A DNA stretch of 62,265 bases, counting the filler. It is 7 parts of 7 records of this genome, joined end to end, with 100 filler letters (N's around TTAATTAATTAA, not from the genome) between each part and the next. Parts side by side here need not be neighbours in the genome. Positions count along the whole stretch, not along the records: positions 41,677 to 48,380 come from SRR31156797_23007; positions 48,481 to 53,547 come from SRR31156797_23015; 5 more parts are not named here. The stretch is one strand, 5' to 3'. The notes beneath the pieces are model-generated. The model did no database searches, was not told where the DNA came from, and worked only from the letters and a program-made list of their open reading frames with translations. The position numbers and the translations under genes were made by a program. Below, piece after piece: positions 41,679 through 53,379 of this stretch; the stretch's first letter is position 1, and each line of letters starts with the position of its first letter.

Positions 41679-44600
41679 GGAATATATAAATTCATCTATT
41701 GAATTCAGAGCATCAACGGATGGCTCTAAATCGGAGAAAATATAATTATTTCCTGAAATGTTTAAATACAGCAAACTAGATTCTTCATTTATAATGGTAT
41801 TTTTTAATGCGCTGGTTTCAAAAGCTGTGGTAATTGGACCGCTAAGATTATTATTCGATAAATCGAGCCAAACCAATGAATCAAAATCAGCAAGAAATTG
41901 AGAAATATCGCCTTCCAAATTTAAACCTGAAAGATCGAGTTTTGTAATTTTCCCGTTTTCAAAGGTAACTCCAGACCAGTTATACACAGAATCGCCGGTC
42001 CAAATTTCCTGCAGTGGGGCAAAAGTGGTTCTCAGTTGCTCCAGAAATGTTGAGTCGGTGGAGTTATAAAATACTTTTGTTAGAATTGTTGCTGAAGTTA
42101 ACGTAAGATCGGGCAATAGAGAATTTGTAATTTCGCAATGGAAATTAGCTTCATTGTCATCCATCCATGCCGTTTTCGTAAATGTTTTTTCAGCACCACT
42201 TTGTAACGATATTCCATTTCTAAACCATTCAAAGTTGTCGTTCTCGTCGGCATTATAATTTTGGATGTTAAGAATCATTGTGTCGCCTAAAATATATTCG
42301 AGTGTATCTGCTTCTCCAACTCCGGGTTGAGGATTGTAATTAAAATCAGATTTAAAACTATTGTAATTATCCCATTTTGTAACTGGTGTTAAGTCTTTAA
42401 ATGTGAGCTTATTGTTGGTCAGCGAAATTGAACTTAAATTAACCAGGCTATCCAGTTTTGGAACTTCGCCTTCAAAATTTCCCGACGATAAGTCAATTAC
42501 TTTCAGTTCGGTTAATTTATTTAATTCTTCAGGAATTTTGCTTAAATTATTGTTGGGCATCTCAAAACCGGTAACATGGCCATCTTCAACGAGAATTCCA
42601 AACCATTCGTCAATTGAATGGAAGGTTGTGTCCAGCCAGTTTTCGCTGCTTATCCATTCCGGGCCGTTCGCATTATTATAAATCTCAACCAGAGTTAGGT
42701 ATTCAGAAACAGGTACGCCGGCACCGGAAATTGTTCCTTCAATTTTAACGTTGAAAGGTTTCGAAGATACAGATAACTCGGTTGCAATTGTATTTGTAAT
42801 TATACAATAATAAGTTCCGGCTGCCGATGAGTCGGCCTGTGAAATAAAAATTTGTTTTTCAGTTTCTGCAGGAAGTAAAACACTGTCTTTAAACCATTGG
42901 AAAACATCAGCTGTTCCTGGCGTATAATCAGGTATTTCAATGGTTAATTCATCGCCCCAGCTTACTGTTACTGAATCATTTCTTCCTACGTCGTATTGTG
43001 GTGAATAAACAAAACCATCTTCAAAAAGATTAAAACTACTCCAGTCGAAAACCGGTTCAATATTTACCGAAGTATATAAGTTCGAATCGATATAAAATTG
43101 TGTAATATCTGGTAGGTTTATCATTCTTAACGGGATTTCACCTTCCAGTAGATTATTACTAAAATTTATGGTTTCTAAATCAAACATTTTCCCGATATCG
43201 CTGGTGATTTCACCCGATAATTGATTTTTTGAAAGGTTTAAATGCTCCAGGTTATATAAATCATCAATCCAGGTAGGAATTGTTCCTGAAATATTGTTTG
43301 AATCGAGCCTTAGCGTTAATAATTCTGTTAACCCGGTTAGAGCTTCGGGTAAGGTTCCGGTAAGGTTATTACTTGTTAATTTAATTTTTGTTACATGCCC
43401 GTTTAAAATGGTAATACCGAACCAGTCTTCGACAGACACAGTAGTTGTATCGAGCCAGTTTGTATTGTTTTCCCAATTATCGCCATCTAAAGTATTGTAA
43501 AATTCTTTTAAAGCATTGTATTCCGAAATTGGTATTCCAGCGCCAGCTGTCGATTCACTAATATTTAGTGTTGTGTTTTTACTAAAAAGAATTAAATCAC
43601 CGGCCACCGGATTTGTGATTTTGCAATTGTATTTACCGGCATCGGAAAGTTGCAGATTAGTTAATTCCAAAGTGGCTTCTGTCTTTCCGATAAGTAATGT
43701 TCCGTTTTTGTACCACTGGTATTTATCCGATGGACCGGCGAAATAATTATCGATTGTTACAATTATATTTTCAGTAATACCTTTACTGATGGTTTTAGAA
43801 ATTCCAATTGAATCTTGCGGGGAGTATATAAAATCATTGAAATTGTTATAATTATCCCATGAAAAAATAGCTTCAATATCGTTAAATTGTAATTTATTTC
43901 CTCCTAAATATAAGGTATCCATTTCCAGTAAATCGGCCAGTTCATCAGGTATTTGCCGGTTATTTTCAACTGATAAACTTTTAGTATAATAAGAATTGAG
44001 TGATGATTCAAGGAGACCAAATTGATTGTTTCTAATGTTAATTTTAAAGGCATTCATTAAATTGGCTAATTCTTTTGGAAGCGGCCCCGTTATTTGATTG
44101 CCATCAACTAATAACCATCCAAGATTGACTAGATTGCCAATGCTTTCAGGTATAGTTCCACTTAAATTATTGTTTGATAATCCAAGGTATTCAAGATTAA
44201 TTAAATTTCCAATCGAATATGGAATTTCACCGATAAAGTTATTTTCCATTAGAGATAAATGTCGAAGTTTCTGTAGATTGCCTATTTCATCAGGAATTGG
44301 TCCTTCAAGTTGATTTGCTTCAAATGCTATTCTTTCCAGGTTTGTTAAATTACCGATTTCTGAAGATATACCTCCGCTCAATTTACATTCAGCAATACTT
44401 ATATCCCTTAAATTTGTTAATTCATAAAAGCCATCCGGAATTTCTCCACTTAATTCGTCGGTTACAATTTGTAAAATTTCCAATTGCGTTAAATCCTTAA
44501 TACTGTTTGGAATGCTGCCATTAAGATTATAGTTATTATATGCGTCAAAATTAATTTGGGTAACATGTCCATTTTCTACGGTAATTCCAAACCAATCATT

Positions 44601-47600
44601 TACTGTGTAATTGACCGTATCCAGCCAGTTTGTACTATTAGTCCAATTGTCTCCATTCGTTGAAGTATAAAAATCTTTTAATGCATTATATTCTGAAACT
44701 GGAATTCCGGCACCTTTTGGTTCAAGTACATAAGTTGTTTTGTAATTGCTGTATATTACGAGATTTGGAACTGCAGGATTAGTTATTTCCAGGTGATAAG
44801 TGCCCGAATCAGACTTTGAAACCGGAGATAATTCAATAAAGAAATTGGTTTCTCCTTCTATAGGAATTAGTTCTTTACACCATTGAAACTGGTCGTTTGC
44901 TGATAAAAACTCTTTTTCAACTTCAAAAGTAAAGTTTTCTCCAACAAATAAATCTGCATACTCTGTTGTATCTACCTTTTGTTGAGGTGCATAGAAAAAG
45001 TCATCAGAAAAATTTGAGTAATTTGATACAGAAAATGCAGGAATTAAATCTTCAAAAATTAATTGATTGTTTATCAACATCAGCGTGTCCAGGTTAACCA
45101 GCAAATCGGTTGCATTGAAATTGAATCCGGTTAATTTATTATCACGCATCTCAAGGCGCCGAAGATTTGGTAAAAGAATGTTTTCTTCGAATGCCGAATT
45201 CTGCAGATTATTATCATTTAATAAAACCTGGGTAACATGCCCGTTTTCAACGGTTACACCATACCAATCGGCAACAGAATATTCAGTAGTGTCGAGCCAA
45301 TTGGTATTGTCTGTCCATTCTTCTCCATTGGTTGAATAGTATAAATCTACAAGGCTGTTGTATTCAGATATAGGAACACCTGAACCTGCCGGGCCACAAT
45401 TGTCCGAATAACTTGCTTGCGCATCTTTGTACCAATGAATATAGTTTTGAGTTAAAGGCCAATCAACTTGAATGCAATACAGATTTGGATTATTTTCAAC
45501 ACGTAATGTAGATAACTGCCAGTTAGAGCTATTTTGTATATTTAAATATTCAAGTTCAGGATAACAGTATACACTAAACAAATTAAGATTATTTGAAAGA
45601 TCCAATATTTTGATATTTGTATTATTGGCATTGAAAACTGATAATGATTGGAAATCTTCAATACCTGTCACATCTGAGATATTTGAATCGTAAATAATAA
45701 CTGAATTTATCGTTCTAATGGCACATGTCGGGACAGAATCATTTAAGTCTCCATTGTCGTAGCCATTGTTAATTAAATACTGTTCAAAATTGTCATCCGG
45801 CACATATGTCATTTCCTGTTTGTATGATGAACAGTTTGTTGAATAGCCCGTAAAAGGATCTTTATACCAATTGCCATATTCATATGAAGAGTAAGGATCG
45901 TCAACTTCCACACATGTCAAATTTGGATTATCCCTGATATCCACGTACATATTATGGTTATTTCCATTTTGTAAATTTAAATTTATCAATTGATTACCTT
46001 CACCATGGAAAGTATACAGATTGGTATGGTGATAAATATCTAAGTTTGTGATCTGGTTATCAGCGCAATGTAGGTAACGAAGTTCAGAACAATTTGATAC
46101 ATCAATTTCTGTTAACTGATTATTCCTACAATTTATAAATGTTAGATTTATATTATAGCAAAGATTTAACGAACTTAAGTTGTTATATGCACAAATCAAA
46201 CGGGTTAATTCTTGATTATTGCTAAGGTCAAGCTCGGTAAGTTCATTTTCCCAGCAATAAAGTTCTTCCAACATCAAATTATTGCTTAAATCAAGTTCAC
46301 TTATATTATTTGAATCGCATTCTAATTTGAGTAGATTGGAAAAATTTTCAATACCTGTTAGATCAAAAATATTTTGACTGGTTATTTTAAGATAAGCAAC
46401 AGTATCGATAGCATTAGTGGGCACCGAATCATTCAATTCTCCTGAATCATAACCTAAATCTATTAATGCCTGTTCAAAATTATTATCGGGAATATAAGCC
46501 ATTTGTATACCGCAATCTGTCGAATATCCGGCTTGTTCATCAATGGACCAATTTGTATAACCCTCAGTGGCTGTTGGGTCGTCTACTGCAATACAAAAAA
46601 GGTTGGGATTATTGCGTAGATTCACAAACATCTTGTGATTGTTTCCATTCACAAGATCAACATAGCTAAGATTATTGTTGCTGGCATTCAAGACAGATAA
46701 TTTTGAGTTTATACTGAGGTCAAGCTCAGACAGGTTATTTGTTGAACAATTAAATTCTTCAAGTGAAGTATTGAAGTTTAAATTGATGTATGTTAATTGA
46801 TTATTAGAACAATCAAGATATGTTATACTAAGTATCTCTAAATTAAGTTTGCCTATGAAATTATTTGAACAAGCGAGAGTCTTAAGGGATGCAAAGTTTT
46901 CAATTCCTGTGAGATCGTGAATATTTCGATTGCTAACATTTATTACTTGTATGGTATCAATTGCTCTTGTTGGCACTGAATCATTCAATTCACCTGAATC
47001 AAATCCTAAATCAATTAATGCTTGTTCAAAATTGTCATCAGGAATATAAGTCATATGAGTAATACAATTTAGCGAATAACTTGCATGGTCATCCTTAGAC
47101 CAATTGGAATAGTTATTCGATAGAGCTGGATTGTCTACTTCAATGCAGAAAAGATTCGGATTATCTGAGGCGTCAACCCACATATCAGCATTGTTCCCGT
47201 TTTTAAGGTTAAGGGTAGTTAATTTATTTTGTTCACACCAAAGAAATGTCAGTTCAATATTCTTACTTACATCTAATTCTTCGATATCATTTATAAGGCA
47301 CCATAATTCTTGAAGTACAAGATTGGAATCGAGGTTGAGAGATGTCAGATTATTACCTGCACAATATATGTAAACTAATAATTTATTTTGACTTAAGTCC
47401 AAAGTAGTAAGCTGGTTGGCATTACAAGAGACACTTGTTAAATTCAAGTTATTTGAAACATCAAATTCTGTTAATTGGTTATAGTTAAAACTGACCTCTA
47501 TTAAATCACTATTTGCGGTTAAATCTACACTTGTAATATTATTAGTATTACAATTTAAATTTTCTAGGGAGGTAAATCCTTCAATACCAGTTAAGTCATT

Positions 47601-47804
47601 TATATTTTTGTTATTTAAATCAAGTTCCAAAATTGGTTCAATATTCACCGTAGGAACCGAATCATTCAACTCCCCTGAATCGTACCCTAAATCAATTAAG
47701 GCTTGTTCAAAATTATCATCTGGAACGTAGGTATTTTGAGAGAAAGATATATTACCAACTAATAAAAAAATACAAAGTGTAAAAAGAAGGTTTTTGATTT
47801 TCAT
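41679..47804 (-). CDS. Giant secreted leucine-rich-repeat / Ig-domain surface protein, 3' truncated
   Basis: Signal peptide; four Y(V/I)PD(D/N)NFEQ-capped LRR blocks; four G(V/I)P(I/V)SEY-capped modules with LRRs (some plant-like NxLSGxIP) and Ig domains (QWYKNG...DAGKYNC). Confidence 0.88.
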
Positions 47805-48026
47805 AACGATTTGGTTTGTGTTTGGCTCTTTATTTGAGGAAATTAACTTTTTATTATTTGGAACTAAAAATAATAAAAGTTAAGTGAATTGGGTTAACAT
47901 ATGTTGAATAAAATAAAATTGCCACTCGGTTTGAGTAGCTTCTTTTAAATCTTTCTTTTACCGTTTGATTACTTCAGAATGAAAAATTGTGAAGCTGGGT
48001 TAAAGAAGTTATAATTTCATTTAAAT

Positions 48027-48070
48027 AAAAAGGAAGGTGTTTATAAATTTTATAAACACCTTCCTTTTTT
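48027..48070. terminator. Intrinsic terminator after the RRM gene
   Basis: AAAAAGGAAGGTGTTTATAAA-T-TTTATAAACACCTTCCTTTTT perfect hairpin. Confidence 0.8.
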
Positions 48071-48089
48071 ATCTCTTATCTGTAGTGGT

Positions 48090-48380
48090 TTACCAACGGT
48101 TACCACCACCGCGATTGTCGTCTCTTCTGCCACCACCACGATTATCGTCTCTTCTGCCGCCGCCGCCACGGTTATAACCACCGCCGCCACCGCCACGGTT
48201 GTAACCACCACCGCCATAACCACCGCCACCGCGGTTGTCTCTGCGTGGTCGTTCTTCGCGAGGATTAGCCTCTTTTACAACAATCTCTTTGCCATCAACT
48301 TCGCTTTCGTTTAAAGCTGAAATAGCAGCTTTTGCCTCTTCGTCGTCTGACATTTCAACAAAACCAAAACCTTTTGAGTT
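48090..48380 (-). CDS. RRM RNA-binding protein with RGG/Gly-rich tail, 5' truncated
   Basis: RNP1 motif SKGFGFVEM upstream of the track's Met; Gly/Arg repeat tail. Confidence 0.92.
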   Translation of the reverse strand, partial: NSKGFGFVEMSDDEEAKAAISALNESEVDGKEIVVKEANPREERPRRDNRGGGGYGGGGYNRGGGGGGYNRGGGGRRDDNRGGGRRDDNRGGGNRW

Positions 48381-48609
48381 NNNNNNNNNNNNNNNNNNNN
48401 NNNNNNNNNNNNNNNNNNNNNNNNTTAATTAATTAANNNNNNNNNNNNNNNNNNNNNNNNNNNNNNNNNNNNNNNNNNNNTTCTATAGTTTTACGATAAA
48501 ACTATAAATTCCTAATTATTACAGCACTATAAAGTTGCAATATTTTTGCCGTTCCGATGTATTCAACCTATTCAGAGGAACCCAAAGATCCTTTTCATTT
48601 ATTTGAAAG

Positions 48610-50664
48610 TTACTCATCATGCCCTTCTGTTTGTGTTCTCTTGCTGGCAGAAGCTAACGCTTTGAGCCCTTTTAGAACAAGATGTACGCACTCATCTACA
48701 AAAGGGGATTCCATTAATCGCTGATAATCGTCTGAATTAAGGCCGGAAGAATGTGCCAAGTCATCAACTGATATGCCCTCTAAAACTGTCTTAATCTTCG
48801 TGTAGTCGGCATTCTGATTCTCTTGTTTGGCTTTTTCCTGAAGTTCAAAATACCCGGCATTATTTGTAATCTGCCAGTGTTCGGTAATCGGTGAAGTAAT
48901 AGTCTTAGTTGTGATTGTTTTACAAATCTGGCCAACCACACCGCCGAAAGCACCAAGCAAAAAAATTGGCTTATTTTTTTCTATTGAAATAATTATCTCT
49001 TCGAGAACTCCCGGCATCTTTCCGTGATAACCCGCGAGTTTCCCACCGGCACATATGCGTGCATGAGATAACTCAATAGATTTCTCTCGCATCCGTGTAA
49101 GGCAACGGGACCAGACATATTTATTTTCCGTTCCACTTGGAGCTATGAAGACATTCTTATCGATGTCTTTTGCAATATCACTTGGAATATCATGCTCAAC
49201 AGATTTAATGATCCCATTGTACTTGGCTCTCCAAGCAACAATTTCTGGATCTGATGCATACAGAGGCCAAGCCAGATGATTCTCAACATGAATGTTATCG
49301 GTATTGAGACGGGTTTTTAATGCAATTGCCTCGTCGAGTATAAATTGCGTAAATCCATCTTTGCGAAGGTCTCCTCCATAAATAATTGTTCCGGCCCTCG
49401 CAAGAAGGTGTCTTGACAGATCTTGGGATAGTCTCTTCAGGTGATCAGCATGTAAATGCTGATCTGAATAATTACTGACAGGGTTATCAGAGATTGAAAT
49501 ACCTATTCTACAACTACCCAAAGTCCCATCTTCAGCTTTGCTCCACAAGGGGGTAAAAGCATCCACTTCATAATGAGAAAGCCAGTCTGCCTCCTCGGAG
49601 TAGAGCGAAGGTTCAGGGTAACAAATTTTTTGTTTCCCACTATTTTTTAGGTCGATTACCTGACGGATTTCGGGCGGCCTTGAAATTATGGCGCAATCAT
49701 TATCAACCCAATTTTGGCTTTGATAGTATTCGAGTGATTTTTGAGCATGCAAGTGGCGTATCGTTTCAAGAATGGTAGCAATTAAGATACGCAATATATC
49801 AGGCTCACTAATCGGAGTGTCCGGTGACACATGCACACAGGGAACATTAGAGCCTGCAGGGAAAACCCTGTCTTCAAAATCTTGAAGGCAGTCAACCGCT
49901 ATGATTGGCCGCTGATGTTGTTTAGCGCAAAGGACTTCTCTCTGACACCAATATCTGGAGGAATATGAGTCACTTCCTATCGCAACCAATGTGGATTCTT
50001 TTATGTGCTTAATAATTTCTTCGTCAAATCTGAAGCCCGGAGATATTTCAGTCGCATCGAAAAAGCGCGACATATTAGTATCATCGATGAATCTATAGAT
50101 TAATTCAGCATGGATGCGGCCAGTATTTCCAGCTTTTGCATGGCTTAAAAAAATATTTATTGACGAACACTTGCCAGGATCTTCTTCATTGATTTCAACA
50201 AAACCGTGCCTGTATACTTCATGAGCCATGGCCAGCACTGCCCGCTGCTCTCTCAAGTCCCCCAGCCATTCATACGATCTCAGAAAATTTAAATTTTTAA
50301 GACTGCCATCGCTTCCATGACTTAAACCATTTCTATCAATGGCTATTGGAACCGCCCGCAAAGTGTTCGATAGCGACAGTTGATCAATGTATAATTTCCA
50401 TGGCTCCCGCCCTAATGTATTTACACTTGTGAACACAAATACAATATCTTTTGCAGCCTGTTGTTCTGGCGAGTGTAATGGCGGCTGATCTGGGTTTTCT
50501 GAACTATAGAAAAATAGAGGCATGTTTAATCCACGAGAAAACGGGCGGTCGACATCACGCGCAAAGCTGGATCTGACAGTATCAAGAATAGTACCCACGG
50601 ACTCTTCATCTGCTGGATTCCAAATGAAATGTATGGCTAAGGGTGGGTTGTATTCTGTTGTCAT
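48610..50664 (-). CDS. TIR + SLOG (cluster 2-like) fusion protein
   Basis: Central TIR (IFLSHAK...SRYWCQREV, catalytic Glu); C-terminal SLOG (IGISIS, IIYGGDLR, LTRMRE, GKMPGVLEE, LGAFGG). Likely start MTTEY at 50664 (TGATG overlap). Confidence 0.85.
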   Translation of the reverse strand: MTTEYNPPLAIHFIWNPADEESVGTILDTVRSSFARDVDRPFSRGLNMPLFFYSSENPDQPPLHSPEQQAAKDIVFVFTSVNTLGREPWKLYIDQLSLSNTLRAVPIAIDRNGLSHGSDGSLKNLNFLRSYEWLGDLREQRAVLAMAHEVYRHGFVEINEEDPGKCSSINIFLSHAKAGNTGRIHAELIYRFIDDTNMSRFFDATEISPGFRFDEEIIKHIKESTLVAIGSDSYSSRYWCQREVLCAKQHQRPIIAVDCLQDFEDRVFPAGSNVPCVHVSPDTPISEPDILRILIATILETIRHLHAQKSLEYYQSQNWVDNDCAIISRPPEIRQVIDLKNSGKQKICYPEPSLYSEEADWLSHYEVDAFTPLWSKAEDGTLGSCRIGISISDNPVSNYSDQHLHADHLKRLSQDLSRHLLARAGTIIYGGDLRKDGFTQFILDEAIALKTRLNTDNIHVENHLAWPLYASDPEIVAWRAKYNGIIKSVEHDIPSDIAKDIDKNVFIAPSGTENKYVWSRCLTRMREKSIELSHARICAGGKLAGYHGKMPGVLEEIIISIEKNKPIFLLGAFGGVVGQICKTITTKTITSPITEHWQITNNAGYFELQEKAKQENQNADYTKIKTVLEGISVDDLAHSSGLNSDDYQRLMESPFVDECVHLVLKGLKALASASKRTQTEGHDE

Positions 50665-51215
50665 CAATGTGTTACCCCGCAAATTTGACATACGCCATTG
50701 TACTTCATCATATCCTGAGAGTTCTGGATTAGATGCGTCCGGGAAGTCCTGGCCTGATATGCATCTTCAATCCATATAGATAGCTCCTCTTTTAAACACG
50801 GATAAGCCCTGTATCGTGCATAACAATCCGACTCACTTTTTGCCCAATTCGCGTTCATGCGTGGGGGCAAATGCGCTGACGTTCCTTGGCTTGGCAAAAG
50901 GATTCCAATCAAGCCATTTGGAGTGTATTGCCCCTGACGCAGAGAGCTCTTTATCTCCCAGTCAACGTATCGTCGACTATGTGTGCAGCTTCCTATCAAA
51001 ACAATCGTCACAGTACTGTCACCAAGATATTTTTCCCTTATGCGCTGCATTACATAATCAGTGTTCGTGCTGTTGATAAAATCATCATTGTTGTTGGCTC
51101 CCAACACCTTGGGAATGAAAACGGTAGAGAACTCTTTAATAAAAGCATCTACCTCGTTCCGATCCCCCTTGTAATGAGAAATAAAAACCTTCCTTCTATT
51201 TGTACTTGATACCAT
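50664..51215 (-). CDS. thsB: ThsB-like TIR protein (MTH538/DUF1863)
   Basis: RKVFISHY, IREKYLGDSTVTIVLIG, RRYVDWEIKSSL, LPPR; start MVSST after GGAGGG. Confidence 0.88.
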   Translation of the reverse strand: MVSSTNRRKVFISHYKGDRNEVDAFIKEFSTVFIPKVLGANNNDDFINSTNTDYVMQRIREKYLGDSTVTIVLIGSCTHSRRYVDWEIKSSLRQGQYTPNGLIGILLPSQGTSAHLPPRMNANWAKSESDCYARYRAYPCLKEELSIWIEDAYQARTSRTHLIQNSQDMMKYNGVCQICGVTH

Positions 51216-51217
51216 TG

Positions 51218-51841
51218 TCAGTCCCTCCAATGTGTTTGAGCTTCGGTTCTATTATTTGAAAAGCTGTCTCGGCCGTTTGTTGGTAAATATGTTTTGCGTC
51301 GCTGAAATGCATCATGAATCCATTGGCGCAAATCATTTGGAAAAGTCGGCCAGGTATATATTTTGGCGAATCCGCATTTAATATTATCGTTCAGCCGTGG
51401 AGGAATTGTATATGGATTATAGACGCTGCCATTTTCTGTATATTTTAAAACAGATGCATTCATTCCGTATGGCAGCTGCGCCGAATAGGTAGGGAGCAAC
51501 AACCCCAATAAGCCGGTTCTTGAATTATTCTTTGTGTCACGAATGCCTGAGGCTATTTCCCAGTCCACATGCTTTCTGCGCCAAGTTCCTTGCCCGATAA
51601 GCACAAGTGTTATGGTGGCATCAGAAATAAAATCATCACGAATCAACTGGCGGATACGTTCTGTGGGTAAATAGGGGTTAATATCACCATCCCCGACAGA
51701 CCTTGAAACGAACCCGTTAGATTGTTCGCCCCATTGAGTTTCAAGATGCTTTTTGTAGTAATCATCTGCATGATGAAAGCTTATGAACGTCTTGTGTTTG
51801 GGGGTTATATTGTTATTGTAAAAATTGTAAAAGCTCATCAA
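51218..51841 (-). CDS. thsB: ThsB-like TIR protein (MTH538/DUF1863)
   Basis: HKTFISFHH, IRDDFISDATITLVLIG, RKHVDWEIASG, IPPRL. Confidence 0.88.
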   Translation of the reverse strand: MMSFYNFYNNNITPKHKTFISFHHADDYYKKHLETQWGEQSNGFVSRSVGDGDINPYLPTERIRQLIRDDFISDATITLVLIGQGTWRRKHVDWEIASGIRDTKNNSRTGLLGLLLPTYSAQLPYGMNASVLKYTENGSVYNPYTIPPRLNDNIKCGFAKIYTWPTFPNDLRQWIHDAFQRRKTYLPTNGRDSFSNNRTEAQTHWRD

Positions 51842-52359
51842 TAACTTTTTTGACCCAGTGATTTCATTATGGTAGATTCAAAGTTCCGGGCGTTATTCAC
51901 CGAAGCTGATCTCTGCGAGAAGTCCTCAAGCCCAATGCTTTTTTCTAACAGTAGAGACTGTCTTTTGTATTCCCTTGCAAAAACATCTATATCGTTATCA
52001 AACCTCAGCCGAGGCCATTCAAGAAGGTATTCCGGCAATGTTTCCTGCCGGTTATAAACAGGTGGATCTGGCAGAGGTGTAAAGCTCGAAATAACCCGGG
52101 GCATTTCTCGTGCAGTGCCTATTTCAAAAGGCACCCACCATGACCCCTTTGTGTTTTCTGTGATAACAGCAAGCAATGTGTCGCATTTGCGCAGTCTGTC
52201 GACCAGTAACGGAGTGAGGCTGGATTTTCCCCGATTATTTCCAAGCTCCTTATCCATATCATCGATATAACAGGTAATATCGTGGGTGCGGTTAAGTCGC
52301 CAAAATACCTTTTTGGCTAATTCATCGTCTTTGGTTGTATGCGATATAAATATTGGCAT
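51838..52359 (-). CDS. Stand-alone TIR domain protein
   Basis: PIFISH, CYIDD, CDTLLAVIT, SWWVPFEIG (catalytic Glu), LPEYL. Confidence 0.85.
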   Translation of the reverse strand: MPIFISHTTKDDELAKKVFWRLNRTHDITCYIDDMDKELGNNRGKSSLTPLLVDRLRKCDTLLAVITENTKGSWWVPFEIGTAREMPRVISSFTPLPDPPVYNRQETLPEYLLEWPRLRFDNDIDVFAREYKRQSLLLEKSIGLEDFSQRSASVNNARNFESTIMKSLGQKSY

Positions 52360-52370
52360 TGAATCACTCC

Positions 52371-52604
52371 TTACTTTTTATCCTTAGGAGGGCACGGGTC
52401 GTTTCCGTAACTATTGCCAGCCCGGATTTTTCCGTCCACACCATGAATTTTGGTGTCCGACTTTTGGTTTCTGGCGATGTTTTCAGCCTTTTCAATAGCC
52501 TGTGCCTGCGTGCGAGTGACCTTGGTCGCCTTGCTGTTATTTTCTCCCTTAACCGCCCAACCATCGGGATGTTTTACAACGTGTTGATTTTTACCTTTAG
52601 CCAT
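52371..52604 (-). CDS. DUF2188 family small protein
   Basis: HVVKHPDGWAVKGE...TQAQAIEKA...IHGVDGKIR...SYGNDP is the DUF2188 pattern; GGAGG RBS. Confidence 0.85.
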   Translation of the reverse strand: MAKGKNQHVVKHPDGWAVKGENNSKATKVTRTQAQAIEKAENIARNQKSDTKIHGVDGKIRAGNSYGNDPCPPKDKK

Positions 52605-52848
52605 GACTACGCCTCCATGTATTGGTTAACGATTTTTTTAAAGTAATCAATATGTTTAATTGCACCCATAATACAAAATTTAACTAAAGATTCTCCAATA
52701 TGCAATATACACACCACAGCCTATTTATCTATGGATGCAATTGCAGTATCATTTGTTAGGGTCAATTTCTGTTTATGATATGCCAAATTTTGTAACATTA
52801 ACGTACCATTTCCATTGGGATTTCCTTACCCTATGATTGATCAAAATG

Positions 52849-53043
52849 TTATCCAGACTTCGAACGTAGACTATCAGCATAACAGGCCAAAGCCAGTTCA
52901 ATTATCTGCCCAAAAGATGAAGGAGTTCCGGCCTGTATGCTGGCATCACGAAGACGGTTTAGTTCATTATAGGCGTTACCACTGATGATTGCTGATATTT
53001 GTTTTTTGCCGTCTTTTTTTGTTTTTTGGGGTTCTTTGCCCAA
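52849..53043 (-). CDS. Possible ribbon-helix-helix DNA-binding protein
   Basis: Strand KQISAII, helix NAYNELNRLRDA, helix SFGQIIELALACY; TTG start lies inside an inverted repeat. Confidence 0.4.
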   Translation of the reverse strand: MGKEPQKTKKDGKKQISAIISGNAYNELNRLRDASIQAGTPSSFGQIIELALACYADSLRSKSG

Positions 53044-53223
53044 CCCCCCGAAATGTCCGACAAGGTATTTTTTATACTATAACATGCTGATATTATTAGT
53101 TCTCATGCATAATTTGCAACCCAGCATTGAACAAACAAAGAAAAAAACGAATTTTAAATCTTTCATTAATTTAATAGGTTAAATGTGCTACCGGACTTTT
53201 CGGGGGGTTGGGCAAAGAACCCC
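53028..53223. mobile_element. Pair of Tn3-like terminal inverted repeats (MITE-like remnant)
   Basis: GGGGTTCTTTGCCCAACCCCCCGAAATGTCCG at 53028 and inverse CGGACTTTTCGGGGGGTTGGGCAAAGAACCCC ending 53223 (one mismatch); no target-site duplication seen. Confidence 0.55.
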
Positions 53224-53379
53224 ATGTTACAAAAAATAGCAAGCAAATAATGAAAAAACAATACAAAATCAATATGTTATAATGAATGGGGAACGGGAAT
53301 TTTAATTGTCGTTGAGGGGAAAAAATAATTGTCGTTGATCAGGTTCCTCTGTTTCTCGGAAGTTTTGAAAGAGCGGTTT

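Noticed and set aside
746-52604. Lamassu and the TIR operon as one defence island
   Set aside because: They are on different contigs with different composition; no linkage can be inferred.
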